A DNA stretch of 64,000 bases from contig CM060731.1 of the NCBI GenBank assembly GCA_030704615.1, forward strand, positions 32,426,001 through 32,490,000. Direction: 5' to 3'. Both the position numbers and the translations under genes were made by a program. Shown here piece by piece: positions 13,405 through 24,936 of the stretch (its first letter is position 1; every line of letters starts with the position of its first letter). Below the pieces are notes generated by a model. It searched no databases, had not been told where the DNA came from, and saw only the letters and a program-made list of their open reading frames with translations. The DNA is from Takakia lepidozioides. Taxonomy: Eukaryota; Plantae; Bryophyta.

Positions 13405-13571
13405 CCCCAAAGTGTGCGCGGGTCTCGTGGAGGAGCAAGGGGGGACCGTTATGCCCCGGTGAGCAGCCGAAGCTCCGAGTTGGCCCGACGGCCAGTTTGG
13501 GAGTTAGGCGCGCGCATCAAAGTAAGCAACTATGACTTAAAAAGGGAGTTACCAAAGTGAGGTGCGCGACA
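13405..13571. mobile_element. LTR terminal fragment
   Basis: Closely similar to 35703-35869; both stop at the same ...GTGCGCGACA end (CA terminus typical of LTRs). Confidence 0.6.
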
Positions 13572-14709
13572 TTCAATGTGTCAACGAGAGCTTCCTTGAC
13601 GCTCTTGCTGCCAGGGCGAGGAAGGTGGCACACACCAAGTCTCTGGAGGAGCTGTTAGAGTCGTTGAACATCCACCACCGAGCCCTCCATCGAAAGCCCC
13701 CGCGCGTAGACGTTGTCTTAGGTTACCTAGTCCATTGCTCCTCAGTGGACCAAATTACTTTCGGCAAAAATCTGGCTGCTCTCCCCGATTGAAGCCGCCT
13801 GGAAAATGGGAGTGCTTAAAGACTACAAATGTGACTGTGACAGCCACACACAATTGCCACCTCATATGAAGTGAAATAACTAATTTGATCCAACAATTGA
13901 AAGGAAACCAAAGTTCAAGTGAGCCTACTGCTCAACACACACACCATCGAGGGGACAATGGGACAGTAGAAGGACAATCATGAAGGATTGAACCCAGGAT
14001 CACCCTGGTTATGCACAGGCAAGCCACAAATTCCCACCAACTGGGCTGCCTGCTCAAGTGCGAAAGAGGGGTACTGCTACCCTGTCCAATTTCAGTGCTC
14101 CTAGGCACTCACTCTATTCCGTAATCCTCACAAGCATATCTACAGTAACCTTTGACAAGTTTCACAATGCCAGAGTCTTGTGACTAGACTGCATGCCTGC
14201 AAATTCACATATGTGGGCACACCCCCACAAAACTGAGAGAGATGCTCAGGCAGGCAAAGAGTAGGCTTCGTAATCATAAACCTCTTTATCCAATCATGGT
14301 GCAGCCAGAAAATAAATAATCTTGGCCTCCCAAACTGTTATACATGCAGTCATCAACAGGCATGCATTGCCACTGTTCAGAGATGAACAAAGCCTGGCCT
14401 ATCCAAAGATACTTGGCGCATGTCAAACACCAAGCCCTTCCACTCATATCATCCCACCATTAAGTACAGTTCAAACCAGCTTCCAACTTCCTCAAGACAT
14501 CCCCTCTGCTTACTCATGTGGGCAGACCCACAACTTTAAATTAACATTTCCAAACTTGCCAATTGCAAGGCAAAATGCAACAGGTCTGTGTGCAGATGTG
14601 GTTTGAGCACTGACTTCAAGCCATTTGCAAACCACCCATTATTATAAAACCCTCAATGCCAAACACAGACTAGGTACCCAAGGTTTTTGGACTCCATGCA
14701 AGCACTAAA

Positions 14710-15112
14710 TCAAGAATCTAATAACATCACACAGACTTGATACTCTGCCGATGGTCCTGCTTGTAGTGCAGGCCTTGAGGTTAGAAGCGGTTGCAGGGCT
14801 TTCACCATGATACTCATGTTGGGGCGAAAGTCCCCTTCGTACTGCACACAGAGTGCTGCAACTGCTGCCATCTGCCATTCCAACCCAAACTTGCATCGGA
14901 GTTGTTGAGAGAACCTAAATATGGAGCTAGGGGCTGCCATAAGTCAGCCAATTGCTGAAGAGAACATCTACTATGCAATCTCTTGCAATGAGAATGCAAC
15001 TCAAAAGGTTGACACAAAAACCTACCTTGGCAACTACCTTCGGAGGATAGTCACCATTCGGCTTGGGATCAACGCATTGCTTTACTTTGTCCTCGCTCAA
15101 CCTTGGTGTTGC
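14710..15112 (-). pseudogene. PTI1: PTI1-like receptor-like cytoplasmic kinase, last two coding exons only (gene fragment)
   Basis: Exon 15112-15026 encodes [29 protein letters not shown]; exon 14871-14710 encodes [30 protein letters not shown]; canonical splice sites; no upstream kinase exons found. Confidence 0.85.
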
Positions 15113-15225
15113 CTGAAGAGTAATAAATACAGAAAGTTAGACAACCACCAGCTTTTGATGTTCGCCTTATTCTACACAAGGTTGCAATGCTCCATGGATA
15201 TGGTGGAAAGGTGAACAATGGCAGA

Positions 15226-15438
15226 AACAAGAAGATCAAGATGCATTGCGGGCAGTTCCAAAAACGTTGCGCGGCGATTTCTATTGGCCTATTTCGCGCG
15301 GGTCGTCCGGGCAAGTTCCAAAGAAATTGATGACGACGATGACCTGTCTACGATGACGTGGTGACGATGACGTGGCACTATGGCACCCTATTCCTGCTCT
15401 ACGCTAAACTAGCTTTCGACCTTCGGTCGTCGCTAGAA
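15226..15438 (-). mobile_element. Helentron/Helitron2-like 5' end (copy C)
   Basis: Minus strand reads TT-CTAGCGACGACCGAAGGTCGAAAGCTAG..., followed by GTCATC-type micro-repeats; inverted near-identical copy of 22371-22560. Confidence 0.6.
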
Positions 15439-15479
15439 TTGCTTGTTTTTTTGTTAACACGCCCTTTAAGTAATTATAG

Positions 15480-15612
15480 TGAGAGGAGAAAAAGTAACCT
15501 CTTTCATAGAGTACAATGCTGGACAGGGAGGAGGAAGAGATCATACCACATCCGACAAGGTAGTCAGGATTGAGCCCAAAATCACCCTCTCAGTGCTGTA
15601 TTACCAACTAAT
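15480..15612 (-). mobile_element. tRNA-derived SINE (degenerate)
   Basis: Homologous to 63210-63360 (GAGAGGAGAAAA..TAACCTCT, CATACCACA, AGGATTGAGCCC, ACCAACT). Confidence 0.5.
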
Positions 15613-15825
15613 GTCCGTGATCTGTATTTTAGTTGGATTTTGAACTTGCATTTTCTGTTTAGTATGATGACCACTGTTTTTGTAATTGCAGGACCTTACC
15701 ATTCAAGTTATATAAGACTTACCGCCAGGAAGGTAATTCTTGGCTCTGATAGAGGGGCCGACTCACACATCTCCTACAGGTTTTTTGAAGGATTGATTCA
15801 GCAGGTGTTGGCATTTGTGCCTTAA

Positions 15826-16420
15826 CCCTTAAACGCCAAGTGCCATAGTTTGACTTTTTCAGAAAACATGACCCCTTAAGTGAAGAAAAGGTGTAACTTT
15901 CAAAAAATTAACTTTTTAAGGAACTCCACCGCACATTAGGTGCATACCTTCCTCCTTCATCCACCTGCCAAGAATTTGAGACCCAGATCCACAAAATGCC
16001 ACCGTTGAATGTGGGCCCCATTATTGGGGCCCTTTTGAGAAACATATCCATTTTTGGTAATTGTTTAAAGATTTGAGTGACGGGATCAAATGGGATTGAG
16101 GCGAAATTAGCAGGGTTTCATCCCCTTGAGATCATCCAACAAGCCAAAAAGTATCCAATTTGGCCAATGCATGTGATGTTGCCACTTGGTCAAACTATCT
16201 CATGTTTCTCTCCCTCTGTCACGTGTGAAGAATGAAAAGAGAATTACCTTTATCAAATCGTGACCCCCTTTGCAACTTGACAGATTCGAGGCAATCCCGC
16301 AATGAATCTTGGTGTGCCAGGTGCCCAAGAACACTATATATTTTTTTCACAGAGAATGCAAAAAGTTATTCAAATTTTTCTAAACCCAAAGCCCGAAACG
16401 GGCTACTGGGCGTTTAAGGG
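15826..16420. mobile_element. piggyBac-like MITE
   Basis: TIR CCCTTAAACGCC (12 bp perfect, 15/16 extended) at both ends, flanked by TTAA at 15822-15825 and 16421-16424; 595 bp, non-coding. Confidence 0.85.
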
Positions 16421-18139
16421 TTAATGCACGTACTGCTTGTTCTGCGTCAGAGTCTCAAGTGATAATCGGTCGTAGCTTGGTTTATATTTGTGTAAGCATC
16501 CCACCCAGGCTGTACAGGCGCCTGCAAGAAGCGCCCCATACAAACAAAAGTTTCGACTAGTGCTTTGCGGTTGGTGCAAGTACTGGTCGGTTGCCCTATG
16601 TTAGTAATTCACAAAACAAATACTATGCGAATGTGGTGCACATCGTTCCACAGCACGCACCGCCCACAGTAACAAGTGATGCAGCTGAAACCGGCTTGAA
16701 GCGAAAGTTGGGCGTGTGTTGCTTTTGGTGATACTCATGCACTCGTGTGGCTCACTTTTCGTTTTTATAGGAAGGGGAAAAGGAAACATACTCAAGTTTA
16801 ACGCGCACGTGTAGAAACTTACCGTACGGTCGACTGTGGTTGCCAGGCAGACAGTCAAATCCCCACCGCCTGCCCTGTTGCCGCTAGAAATTACAAGGGT
16901 GAAGTGTGGTAAAAACAAAGCAGCAGCGGATAGCGCGGTGGTTGGGTGCATTGAACTTTGCGTGGGCCCTGTCCATAGGAATTAAAAAGGGGGGATATAT
17001 ACTAAAGCATAGAGGGATTTACAGAAATAACTCTTGTGTAAGGGGGTCCAAGAAAAAATAGGTAGGCGCCTAAAGGACCACGAGGCCCATTTACGCCCGC
17101 GACCTCCCACTCTAATCCCTCTACCGCGGTTGGATGTTCATGAAATCGAACGGTGAAAGAACAGTGAAAGTTTAGAAGTGTGAAGCATGCCCCTCCTCTC
17201 GAGGTCATCTCTCTCGATTTGCTCCCGGCCTCACATGTAGCAACTTTATGTCAATCTAAGCTCAATGTGGTTGGCGGTTGGAAGGAAGTTGCGACTGCAA
17301 CTGCTCCTTCCTAGTGTAAAGATATGTTTCACTATCTACTTTGGCTCCAATTTTGGGCTACGATGGCTATTGTGTCTACAATTTATTTTTTGAATATGGC
17401 GCTGGCACTAAAGTACGAGGCACATATGGGACAATCTAGGGAATGGATCTGCCAGGTGTATGAAGCACGCTATTTTTTTCCGCTCACAACCCCTCGAGTC
17501 CCGCCGCCCTCCCCCACTCCTTCGAGAGCTCCCTTGCTTCACACTGTTCCGTTGCATGTCTTCCTGATCTCTATAGCTTCAAGTTGACCTTCCTTGCTTT
17601 TGGCTTAGACATTTTAAGGGTTTATGTAACCTACATTATTGTAGTTTAATGAGTCCTTTGCATTTTTGATGAGCGCTACTTACTTTAGTGGAGATGGTGA
17701 GGGCACCTTCTTCTTCGACCTATTTCAGCCTGTTTTGCCCTCTCATTAGACTCGTCCCTGAATTTGCATATTGATTGTGTACGTTAGCTCTTTGGGTGGA
17801 TTTGTGGTGCATGGGTAGATGGTCCATTGGAAGCTACAACAGCAGTGGCACAATTGATAAAATCAGGCACTGGCACTGAAGGCACCTTCTTCAACACATT
17901 TCACCCTGTTTTTCCCTCTTATCAGAATTGGCCCTAAATTTCCATGTTGAATTCTGCAAGTTAGCTGGTTGAGTGAATCTTTGATAGGTTGGAGTGACTT
18001 TGACATGATACTGCCAATGTGACAACAAAAAAGTATCCAAAAACAGGTAACAGAGATGAAGAGAAGCTGTAGAATGAATACTTTTCTGAACCCAGTCTAT
18101 GGTAGGACAACCGAGGCAAAAAGGTGAATGTCTGTCAGG

Positions 18140-19650
18140 TTACCAGATGTCATTCTGAACATTGCCTTGGTGGACATGTATGCCAAATGTGGGTGCATCG
18201 AGGATGCCAAGGGAGTATTCAACACTATCGCTGAATGAGATGTGGTGTTATGGAGTGCAATGCTTGCGGGGTATGCACAACAGGGGCGCGGGATGGAGGC
18301 TTTAGAGACGGTATGAACAAATGATGGGGGAAGGAGTGAAGCCCGACCACATAACGTTTGTGTGCGTTTGCAGTGCGTGTGCCAGCCTGGTAGCCCTGGA
18401 AAAAGGGAAAGAGATCCATACCAATGTCATCCTGAACACTAGGGGTATGCACAGCAGGGGCGCGGGATGGAGGCTTTGGAGACGTATGAGCAAATGATGG
18501 GGGAAGGAGTGAAGCCCGACCACATAAGGTTTGTGTGCGTTTGCAGTGCGTGTGCGAGCCTGGCAGCCCTGGAAAAAGGGAAAGAGATCCATGGTGACAT
18601 CATCAAATCTGCAATTGTACCAATGTCATCCTGAACACTTCTCTGGTGGACATGTATGCCAAATGTGGGAGCATTGAGGATGCTCTACAATCCACTCCCA
18701 GAACCAAATTTGTCAAGGAGAGATTCAATTCCCAGATGCCCCACTTTGAATGGATCGGGCTACTCGCCTTGACTTTGAATTGATGGCCTCCTCCATGTCA
18801 CTGACTGGAAACAGGTTCAAGGAAGTTTTTTGCCGCACTTCATGGCCCTGTGCACATGTTCATTTAAAAGTACTGGCATCCTCTAATTTTTAGTAGTACA
18901 GGAAAGTAGGTTGTTTCGGGATCTGTCTATTTTTTGAAATGTGCGAACCTTTGGTGGTTATAGCGTGGTGCGAGAGGCCATGGCTACTCAGTTGCCCGCT
19001 GGTGCTGTCGCGGAGCAGTTCAAGGGCAGAAATGAGGTTCTCTAGATGGGTTGGTCAAACCCTCCCTGGTGGTGACTCTCGGTGGTTTTGCAAGAGGTCC
19101 ATGCATGTGACATCGTCAAAGCTGGATTTGTACCAGATGTCATCCTGAACACTGCCCTGCTGGACATGTATATCAAATGTGAGTGCATCAAGGATGCAAA
19201 GGGAGTGTTCGACAGTATGGCTGAAAGAAATGTGGTGTCGTGGAGTGCGATGATTGCAGGATATGCACAGCAAAGGGCGGGATGGAGGCTTTGGTGACCT
19301 ATGAGCAATTGATGTGCGAAAGGGTGAAGCCCAACCACATCACATTTGTTTGCGTTTGCAATGCTTGTGCAAGCCTGGCAGCCCTAGAAAGGTGCAATGA
19401 GGTCCATGGTGACATCGTCAAAGCTGGATTTGTACCAAATGTCATCCTGATCACTGCCCTGCTGGACCTGTATGTCAAATGTGAGTGCATCGAGGATGCA
19501 AAGGGAGTGTTCGACAGGATGACTGAACGAAATGTGGTGTCGTGCAATTCAATGATCGCAGGATATGCCCAGCATGTTGTCATAGGGAGGTCCTGCAACT
19601 ATTTGAAAGAATGTAAAAGAACGGCTTGAAGCCGGACAGTATCACCTTTA
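18140..19650 (+). pseudogene. PLS-class PPR repeat fragments
   Basis: Repeated, frameshifted motifs such as [38 protein letters not shown] and VKPDHITFVCVCSACASL, interrupted by unrelated DNA at about 18685-19090. Confidence 0.85.
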
Positions 19651-19659
19651 TATGTGGTC

Positions 19660-21607
19660 TCTCTGGGTAGATGGTCAACTGAATGCAGTAGTTGCAGCGG
19701 CACAGTTGATGAAATCAGGCACCTCATCCATGGCCACAACTTCTGAAAGAGGGTCAAGAGAGGGAGTCCACAATACCTCTTCTGGCACTTCTGGGCATGT
19801 GAAGATACTTCGTGCAACAAGCAGACTGGCAGAGGCTCTACAGACTATAAACCAAGGAGGCATTTCAGCAGATTCAGATACGTATGCTTATCTCTTGCTT
19901 AAGTGCATCAAGATGGGAGGTCTGGAAGCTGGAAAGCAGGTGCACACTCACATTATCCAAAGTGGATTCACGTCAATTTTTTTTTCTACTCAACTCCCTT
20001 GCCAACATGTATGTTAAGTGTGGGAGCATCATGGGTGCTCATCAAGTGTTCAACAGAATGCCTCAACGATGTTTGATCATGTGGAACATAATGTTGGCAG
20101 GATTTACCAAACACGGGTGTGGTAGGAATGCTTTGGAGACCTATGAGCAAATGCTGCGCGAAAGAGTGAAGCCCAACCACATCACATTTGTTTATGTTTA
20201 CAATGTGTGTGCAAGCCGGGGAGCCCTCTGGAATTGTACCAGATGTCATTCTGCAAACTGCTCTGGTGGACATGTATGCCAAATGTGGGTGCATTAAGGA
20301 TGCGAAGGGAGTTTTCAACACTATGGCTGAACGAGATGTGGTGCCAGGGTATGCACAGCAAGAACGTGGTATGGAGGCTTTGGAGACTTACAAACAAATG
20401 ATGGGAGAAGGGGTGAAGCCCAACCACATCACGTTTGGGTGCGTTTGCAATGCGTGTGCAAGCCTGGCAGCTCTGGAAAGGGGCAAAGAGGTCCATGGCG
20501 ACATCTTCAGAGCTGGAATTGTACCAGATTTCATTATGAACAATACCCTGGTGGACATGTTTGCAAAATGTGGGTGCATCTAGGACGCAGTGGGAGGGTT
20601 CAACACTATGGCTAAATAAGATGTGGCGTCGTGCAAGCCTAGCAGCCCTAGAGAAGGGCAAAGAGGTGCATGGGGATATCGTCAAAGCTAGAATTATACC
20701 AAATGTCATTCTAAACACTGCCCTGGCAGCTCTGGAAAAGGGGAAAGAGGTCCATGGCGACATCTTCAGAGCATGGTTGTCATAGGGAGGTCTTGCAACT
20801 ATTTGAAGGAATGCAAAAGAACGGCTTGAAGTAGTATGTGTTCTCTCTGCTCCAGCCACACTGGCCTTCTGAATGAAGGTAGATGCTACTTCGATTCTCT
20901 GATTCAAGATCATGGTGTCACTCCGATAGTATAACACTTTGGCTGCATGCTGGACCTTCTTGGACGTGCGGGACAACTAGATGAGGCAGTGGACCTGATT
21001 AATAAAATGCCAATTAATCAGTGTTGTGGTGTGGAAGGCCTTGTTTAGTGCCTGCAGAATCCATGACAATGTAGAGATGGCTCAACGTGCAGCAACATCT
21101 ATCCTCAAGTGGAATGAATGTCACGACTTTGCTATCAAACATCTATGCTGCAGCTGGCACATGGGTTGATACTGTAAAGGTGAGAAGAATGATGAAGGTC
21201 AGAGGGGTTGAAAAGGAGCCAGGTCGCTGCTGCATTGAGGTTTGCAACAGGGTGCACACCTTCATTGTAGATGACAAGTTGCATCCCAGAATTAAGGAAA
21301 TCCATGCTGAGCTGAGAAGATTGTCTGGGAAGATGAAGGAGGCGGGGTATGTGCCTGACAGGCGCTTTGTATTGCATGATGTGGGGAGGAGGAAAAGGAA
21401 TTTTCTCTTTGCTACCACAGTGAGAAACTGGCCATTGGTTTTGGGCTGATCAGCATGACCCCTAGGACACCTCTCCGTCTCATCAAGAATCTTCGAGTGT
21501 GTGGTGGCTGCCACACCTCCACCAAATTCATCTCAAAGATTGTTGGCCGAGCAATTGTTGTATGGGACGCTGAAGATGGGATTTGTTCTTGTGGTGATTA
21601 CTGGTGA
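19660..21607 (+). pseudogene. PLS-E-DYW RNA-editing factor pseudogene (PG-type DYW)
   Basis: N-terminal leader, PLS repeats, E motifs (LLSNIYAAAGTW), PG box [29 protein letters not shown] and CSCGDYW-stop at 21596-21607; many stops and frameshifts, and the usual RFHHF segment is deleted. Confidence 0.9.
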
Positions 21608-21661
21608 AAGGATGTCTTCTTGGAAAGATGCGAGTGTCTTGCTTCATTCATTGATCTGTGA

Positions 21662-22316
21662 CTTAGCTACTCACACCATCCACCATTTCCTGAAAGTATT
21701 GACCATGATGTACTGTTGAGTGCATTTCCTGTGCCATAAAGCCACAGGAAATGATAGTGGGGTCTACCCGGCATAGGTGGGAGGTCAGCCGGACTTGGTG
21801 ATTTTTGACTGATTCTGGTGACAGTGGATGGAAATCAGAGTGTTGTCCTAATTTTGGTTTTGGGTGGTGGAGCTTCTCCAAAGCTTGAAGATGGAAGTGA
21901 ATACGAATTTTAATGAGCTTGATGAGAGGGGCAGCCCTGTGCACAAGTTTGTTCATCTTAAATTTGGACATGTTTGTTGTTTCTCGTGGTGTGGCTTTGG
22001 ATGGAGCCCTTGATGAATTTACATGAATATTGTCAAAAGCTAGCCTTAACCCACCAAGATCCAATCCCACGGTGGATGCTTGAAAGTTCATATAGCGAAT
22101 GGAAGGGTATTTGGGTATGTTGTTATTGATTGATGCGGCTTGTGAAAATTTGAACATTGAAATGCAGATCCGCCATTTTTCTTCCAGAAAAAAACAAAAC
22201 ACGGGATCTCTGCATGTAAACACCGTGGGGACGACCCACCCTTTTTTTTTTTGTGAAAAATTGAACTTAGTTCTCAGAATTCGTCGCTAGTAGTTCGGAG
22301 CAACGCGAAGCCCTAG
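21662..22316 (+). mobile_element. Helentron/Helitron2-like 3' region (copy A)
   Basis: Near-identical inverted copy at 63392-64000; ends TCGTCGCTAG (22281-22290, reverse complement of the 5' subTIR) + short hairpin + CCCTAG|TTT. Confidence 0.65.
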
Positions 22317-22370
22317 TTTATTTGTGGATCAGAACAAAATAAGTTGTATTTTTTTCCCCACCGCTTATAG

Positions 22371-22560
22371 TTCTAGCGACGACCAAAGGTCGGAAGCTAG
22401 TTCAGCGTAGAGCAGGAATAGGGTGCCATAGTGCCACATCATCGTCGTCATCAATTTCTTTGGAATCTGCCCGGATGGCCCGCGCGAAATAGGCCAATAG
22501 AAATCGCCGCGCCAACGTTTTTGGAACTGCCCGCAATGGCAGATCTTGATCTTCTTGAAC
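22371..22560 (+). mobile_element. Helentron/Helitron2-like 5' end (copy B), head-to-tail with copy A
   Basis: TT-CTAGCGACGACCAAAGGTCGGAAGCTAG palindrome (22373-22400); shares about 190 bp with 15226-15438. Confidence 0.6.
22478..22520 (+). promoter_or_regulatory. E2F-like site and CCAAT box inside the element 5' end
   Basis: CGCGCGAAA (reverse complement contains TTTCGCGC, the E2F consensus) followed by GGCCAATAG and GCCGCGCCAA; the E2F-like site and CCAAT box are conserved in the copy at about 15265-15300. Confidence 0.4.
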
Positions 22561-23602
22561 TGCAGGAGCTCTGCGTTTTCCGCTCGCATTGCAGCTTTTC
22601 CCGCTCCCTCCTGATGTGTAAACTCCACGCTCCTTCTTGCTGTCTGCAGCTCCCTGGCGAAGAGGTTGTCCTTACCTTGCAAGCACAGGCATGGATAGCT
22701 GAAGGAGCCGGGATCAAGTGTGGGTCCAGAATCATCCAAAAGGGCCGGATTTCAAGCTCTAGATTACCTATGATTCGAAAGGACAACAAATGGGGAGGAG
22801 TTTCTTGTAGACGGAATTGGAAGCTTTCACTCGTGATTGGGTGGGAAAGAAGAAAAGTGCAGCTTAGATTACACCTTACTTCCTTGTTTCAGACCCGCAC
22901 AGTGAGTCTCCATGATTGATTTTCCATGAGCACGAAGGGTATGTCAGGTTGTGTTTGGTTGCAAAAGTCCCACATCTGCTTGAAGCTAAACCCAAGTTTC
23001 AAACCTAATCTTACATTGACTAGATTGTAATTGTTGTCTGTCTGCCATAACCTCCCTATACCCAGTGTTCACTGGAAACAATAAATGCAAACTGTGAGAC
23101 TGACATTCAAAGCTGAAGGTTGCTCTTTTTCCATGTTTCAGCCTTCTTGGCCATTATTTTTGTGACCATTGTTTTATCAAACGTGGTGATAATGATGCAA
23201 TTTGGATATAACCATATGTGTTATAGGAATCCATCTGTGTGTTAGTGTCCCTAAGATTTACTAGTTGATCGGGATCTGAAGGACCCTTTAGTCCCTCATT
23301 CTGTAGTGAGGGAAGCGGTTAAAGTGAAGGGCCTTTATTCAGTAAAAAAAACCGTTTAGACAGGTTGTCTAATTTACCTTGTCATGTTCTGAAGCTTGCA
23401 TGGTTTGATTCCAGAACCATTCCTCCAAGAAGAAAAGATGACATTTTGGTATACATCTGTGAACAGATTTGATTCCAGAGACAAAGGGTTACAGGGGTTG
23501 GACTTTGTCTCAGATGTGAAAATTGCAGTCATTTGTAGCAATTTTGGATGCTGCTTGAATGCTAGTTATGGGACTGAGGTGAGTGGACGGGCTGGTGATC
23601 AG

Positions 23603-23701
23603 AAGCGCAAATTGTCGAACATGCTTGGACCTCCCTGGAGCAAAGAGGACCTAGAGCTCTTCCATCAAGCATTTCGGAAATATGGCAGAGACTGGAAAAA
23701 G
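23603..23701 (+). pseudogene. ALY: ALWAYS EARLY (LIN9-like) SANT/Myb exon, isolated fragment
   Basis: AG/GT-bounded 99-nt exon encoding [33 protein letters not shown], the conserved ALY N-terminal SANT segment; the rest of the gene is absent. Confidence 0.75.
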
Positions 23702-23974
23702 GTATCTTATGACCACAATTGACTTGTTGAGATTGTTTTCTGGTTGTACCAAAATCTCTTGTCATCTTGACTGCTTTTTGCAGCAACAATTGAAGCGAGC
23801 AGCGAATTGTCTCTGTAGGTCCATCTATATCAGGTTGACACTGGAATTTCAATGCATGTTGTTTGTGAGGCACAAGCAATTGTCCTATTTGTTGATCCAT
23901 CCCGCTGTGTGATTTCACGCAGCAGAGAATGTCTCTTAGAACAGGGGGCTGCAGTAGACACTCTACGAGATTTG

Positions 23975-24815
23975 GTGTCGTGGAGTGGATGATTGCAGGG
24001 TATGCAAAGCAAGAGCACGGGATGGAGGCTTTGGAGACCTATGAACAAATGATGGGGGAAGGGGTGAAGCCCGACCACATCACGTTTGTTTCCGTTTGCA
24101 ATGCCTGTGCAAGCCTGGCAGCCCTAGAAAAGGGAAAAGAGGTCCATGGTGACATCGTCAAAGCTGGAATTGTACACTGCCCTAGTGGACATGTATGCCA
24201 AATGTGGGTGCATTGAGGATGCGAAGGGAGTGTTCGACAATATGGCTGAACGAAATGTGGTGTCGTGGAACGCGATGTTCGTAGGATATGCCCAGCATTG
24301 TGTCATAGGGAGGTCCTACAACTATTTGAGGGAATGTAAAAGAATGGCTTGAAGCCGGACATTATCACCTTTATATGTGTTCGCTCTGCATGCAACCACT
24401 CTGGCCTAATGAATGAAGGAAATCAAGATCATGGTGTCACTCCGACAGTAAAGCACTTTGGCTGTATGATGGACCTTCTTGGATGTGCGGGACAACTGGA
24501 TGAGGTAGTGGATCTGATTAATAAGATGCCAATCAATCCAGACGTTGTGGTGTGGAAGGCCTTGCTTCATGCCTGCAGAATTCATGGCAATGTGGAGATG
24601 GCTGAACGTGCGGCAACATCTATCCTCAAATGGGATGAACACTAGGATGTCGCGACTTATGTGTTGCTATCAAACATCTATGCTGTAGCTGGTAGGTGGG
24701 ATAATACTGCAAAGGTGAGAAGAATGATGAAGGTTAGAGGGGTTAGAAAGGAGCCAGGTCGCTGCTGCATTGAGGTTGGCAACAGGGTGCATACCTTCGC
24801 TGTAGATGACATCCC
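23975..24815 (+). pseudogene. PPR PLS-E(-DYW start) pseudogene fragment
   Basis: PLS motifs, E motifs (VVWKALLHACRIHGNVEMAERAA, LLSNIYAVAGRWD) and PG box PGRCCIEV, then truncated by an LTR fragment at about 24835. Confidence 0.85.
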
Positions 24816-24834
24816 AGAATTAAGGGAATCGATT

Positions 24835-24936
24835 TATGGCAAACCACCACGAAAACCCTCGACTCCCAGTGATGAGTCGCGGTGAGTCTTGGCCCACTCA
24901 CCACGGCCCCTATGGACCGTGATGAGTCCCAAGACT
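24835..24936 (+). mobile_element. LTR fragment (same family as 34918-35557 and 60726-60985)
   Basis: Shares GGTGAGTCTTGGCCCAC...ATGGACCGTGATGAGTCCCAAGACT with the other two copies. Confidence 0.65.

Noticed and set aside
20182-20976. 264-aa antisense ORF
   Set aside because: It is a shadow frame of repetitive PPR coding sequence.
21663-22223. 186-aa minus-strand ORF as a protein gene
   Set aside because: It lies in the repeated element 3' region, has no recognisable domain, and the second copy (63481-63720) has a stop and indels.
22281-22316. Canonical Helitron 3' end (hairpin + CTAG|T)
   Set aside because: Not fully excluded, but the hairpin is weak and the 10-bp match to a separate palindromic 5' end fits a Helentron-type structure better.
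18140-24815. Functional PPR genes whose stops are repaired by RNA editing or splicing
   Set aside because: These are nuclear sequences with many frameshifts, non-editable lesions and motif deletions, without splice signals at the breaks.
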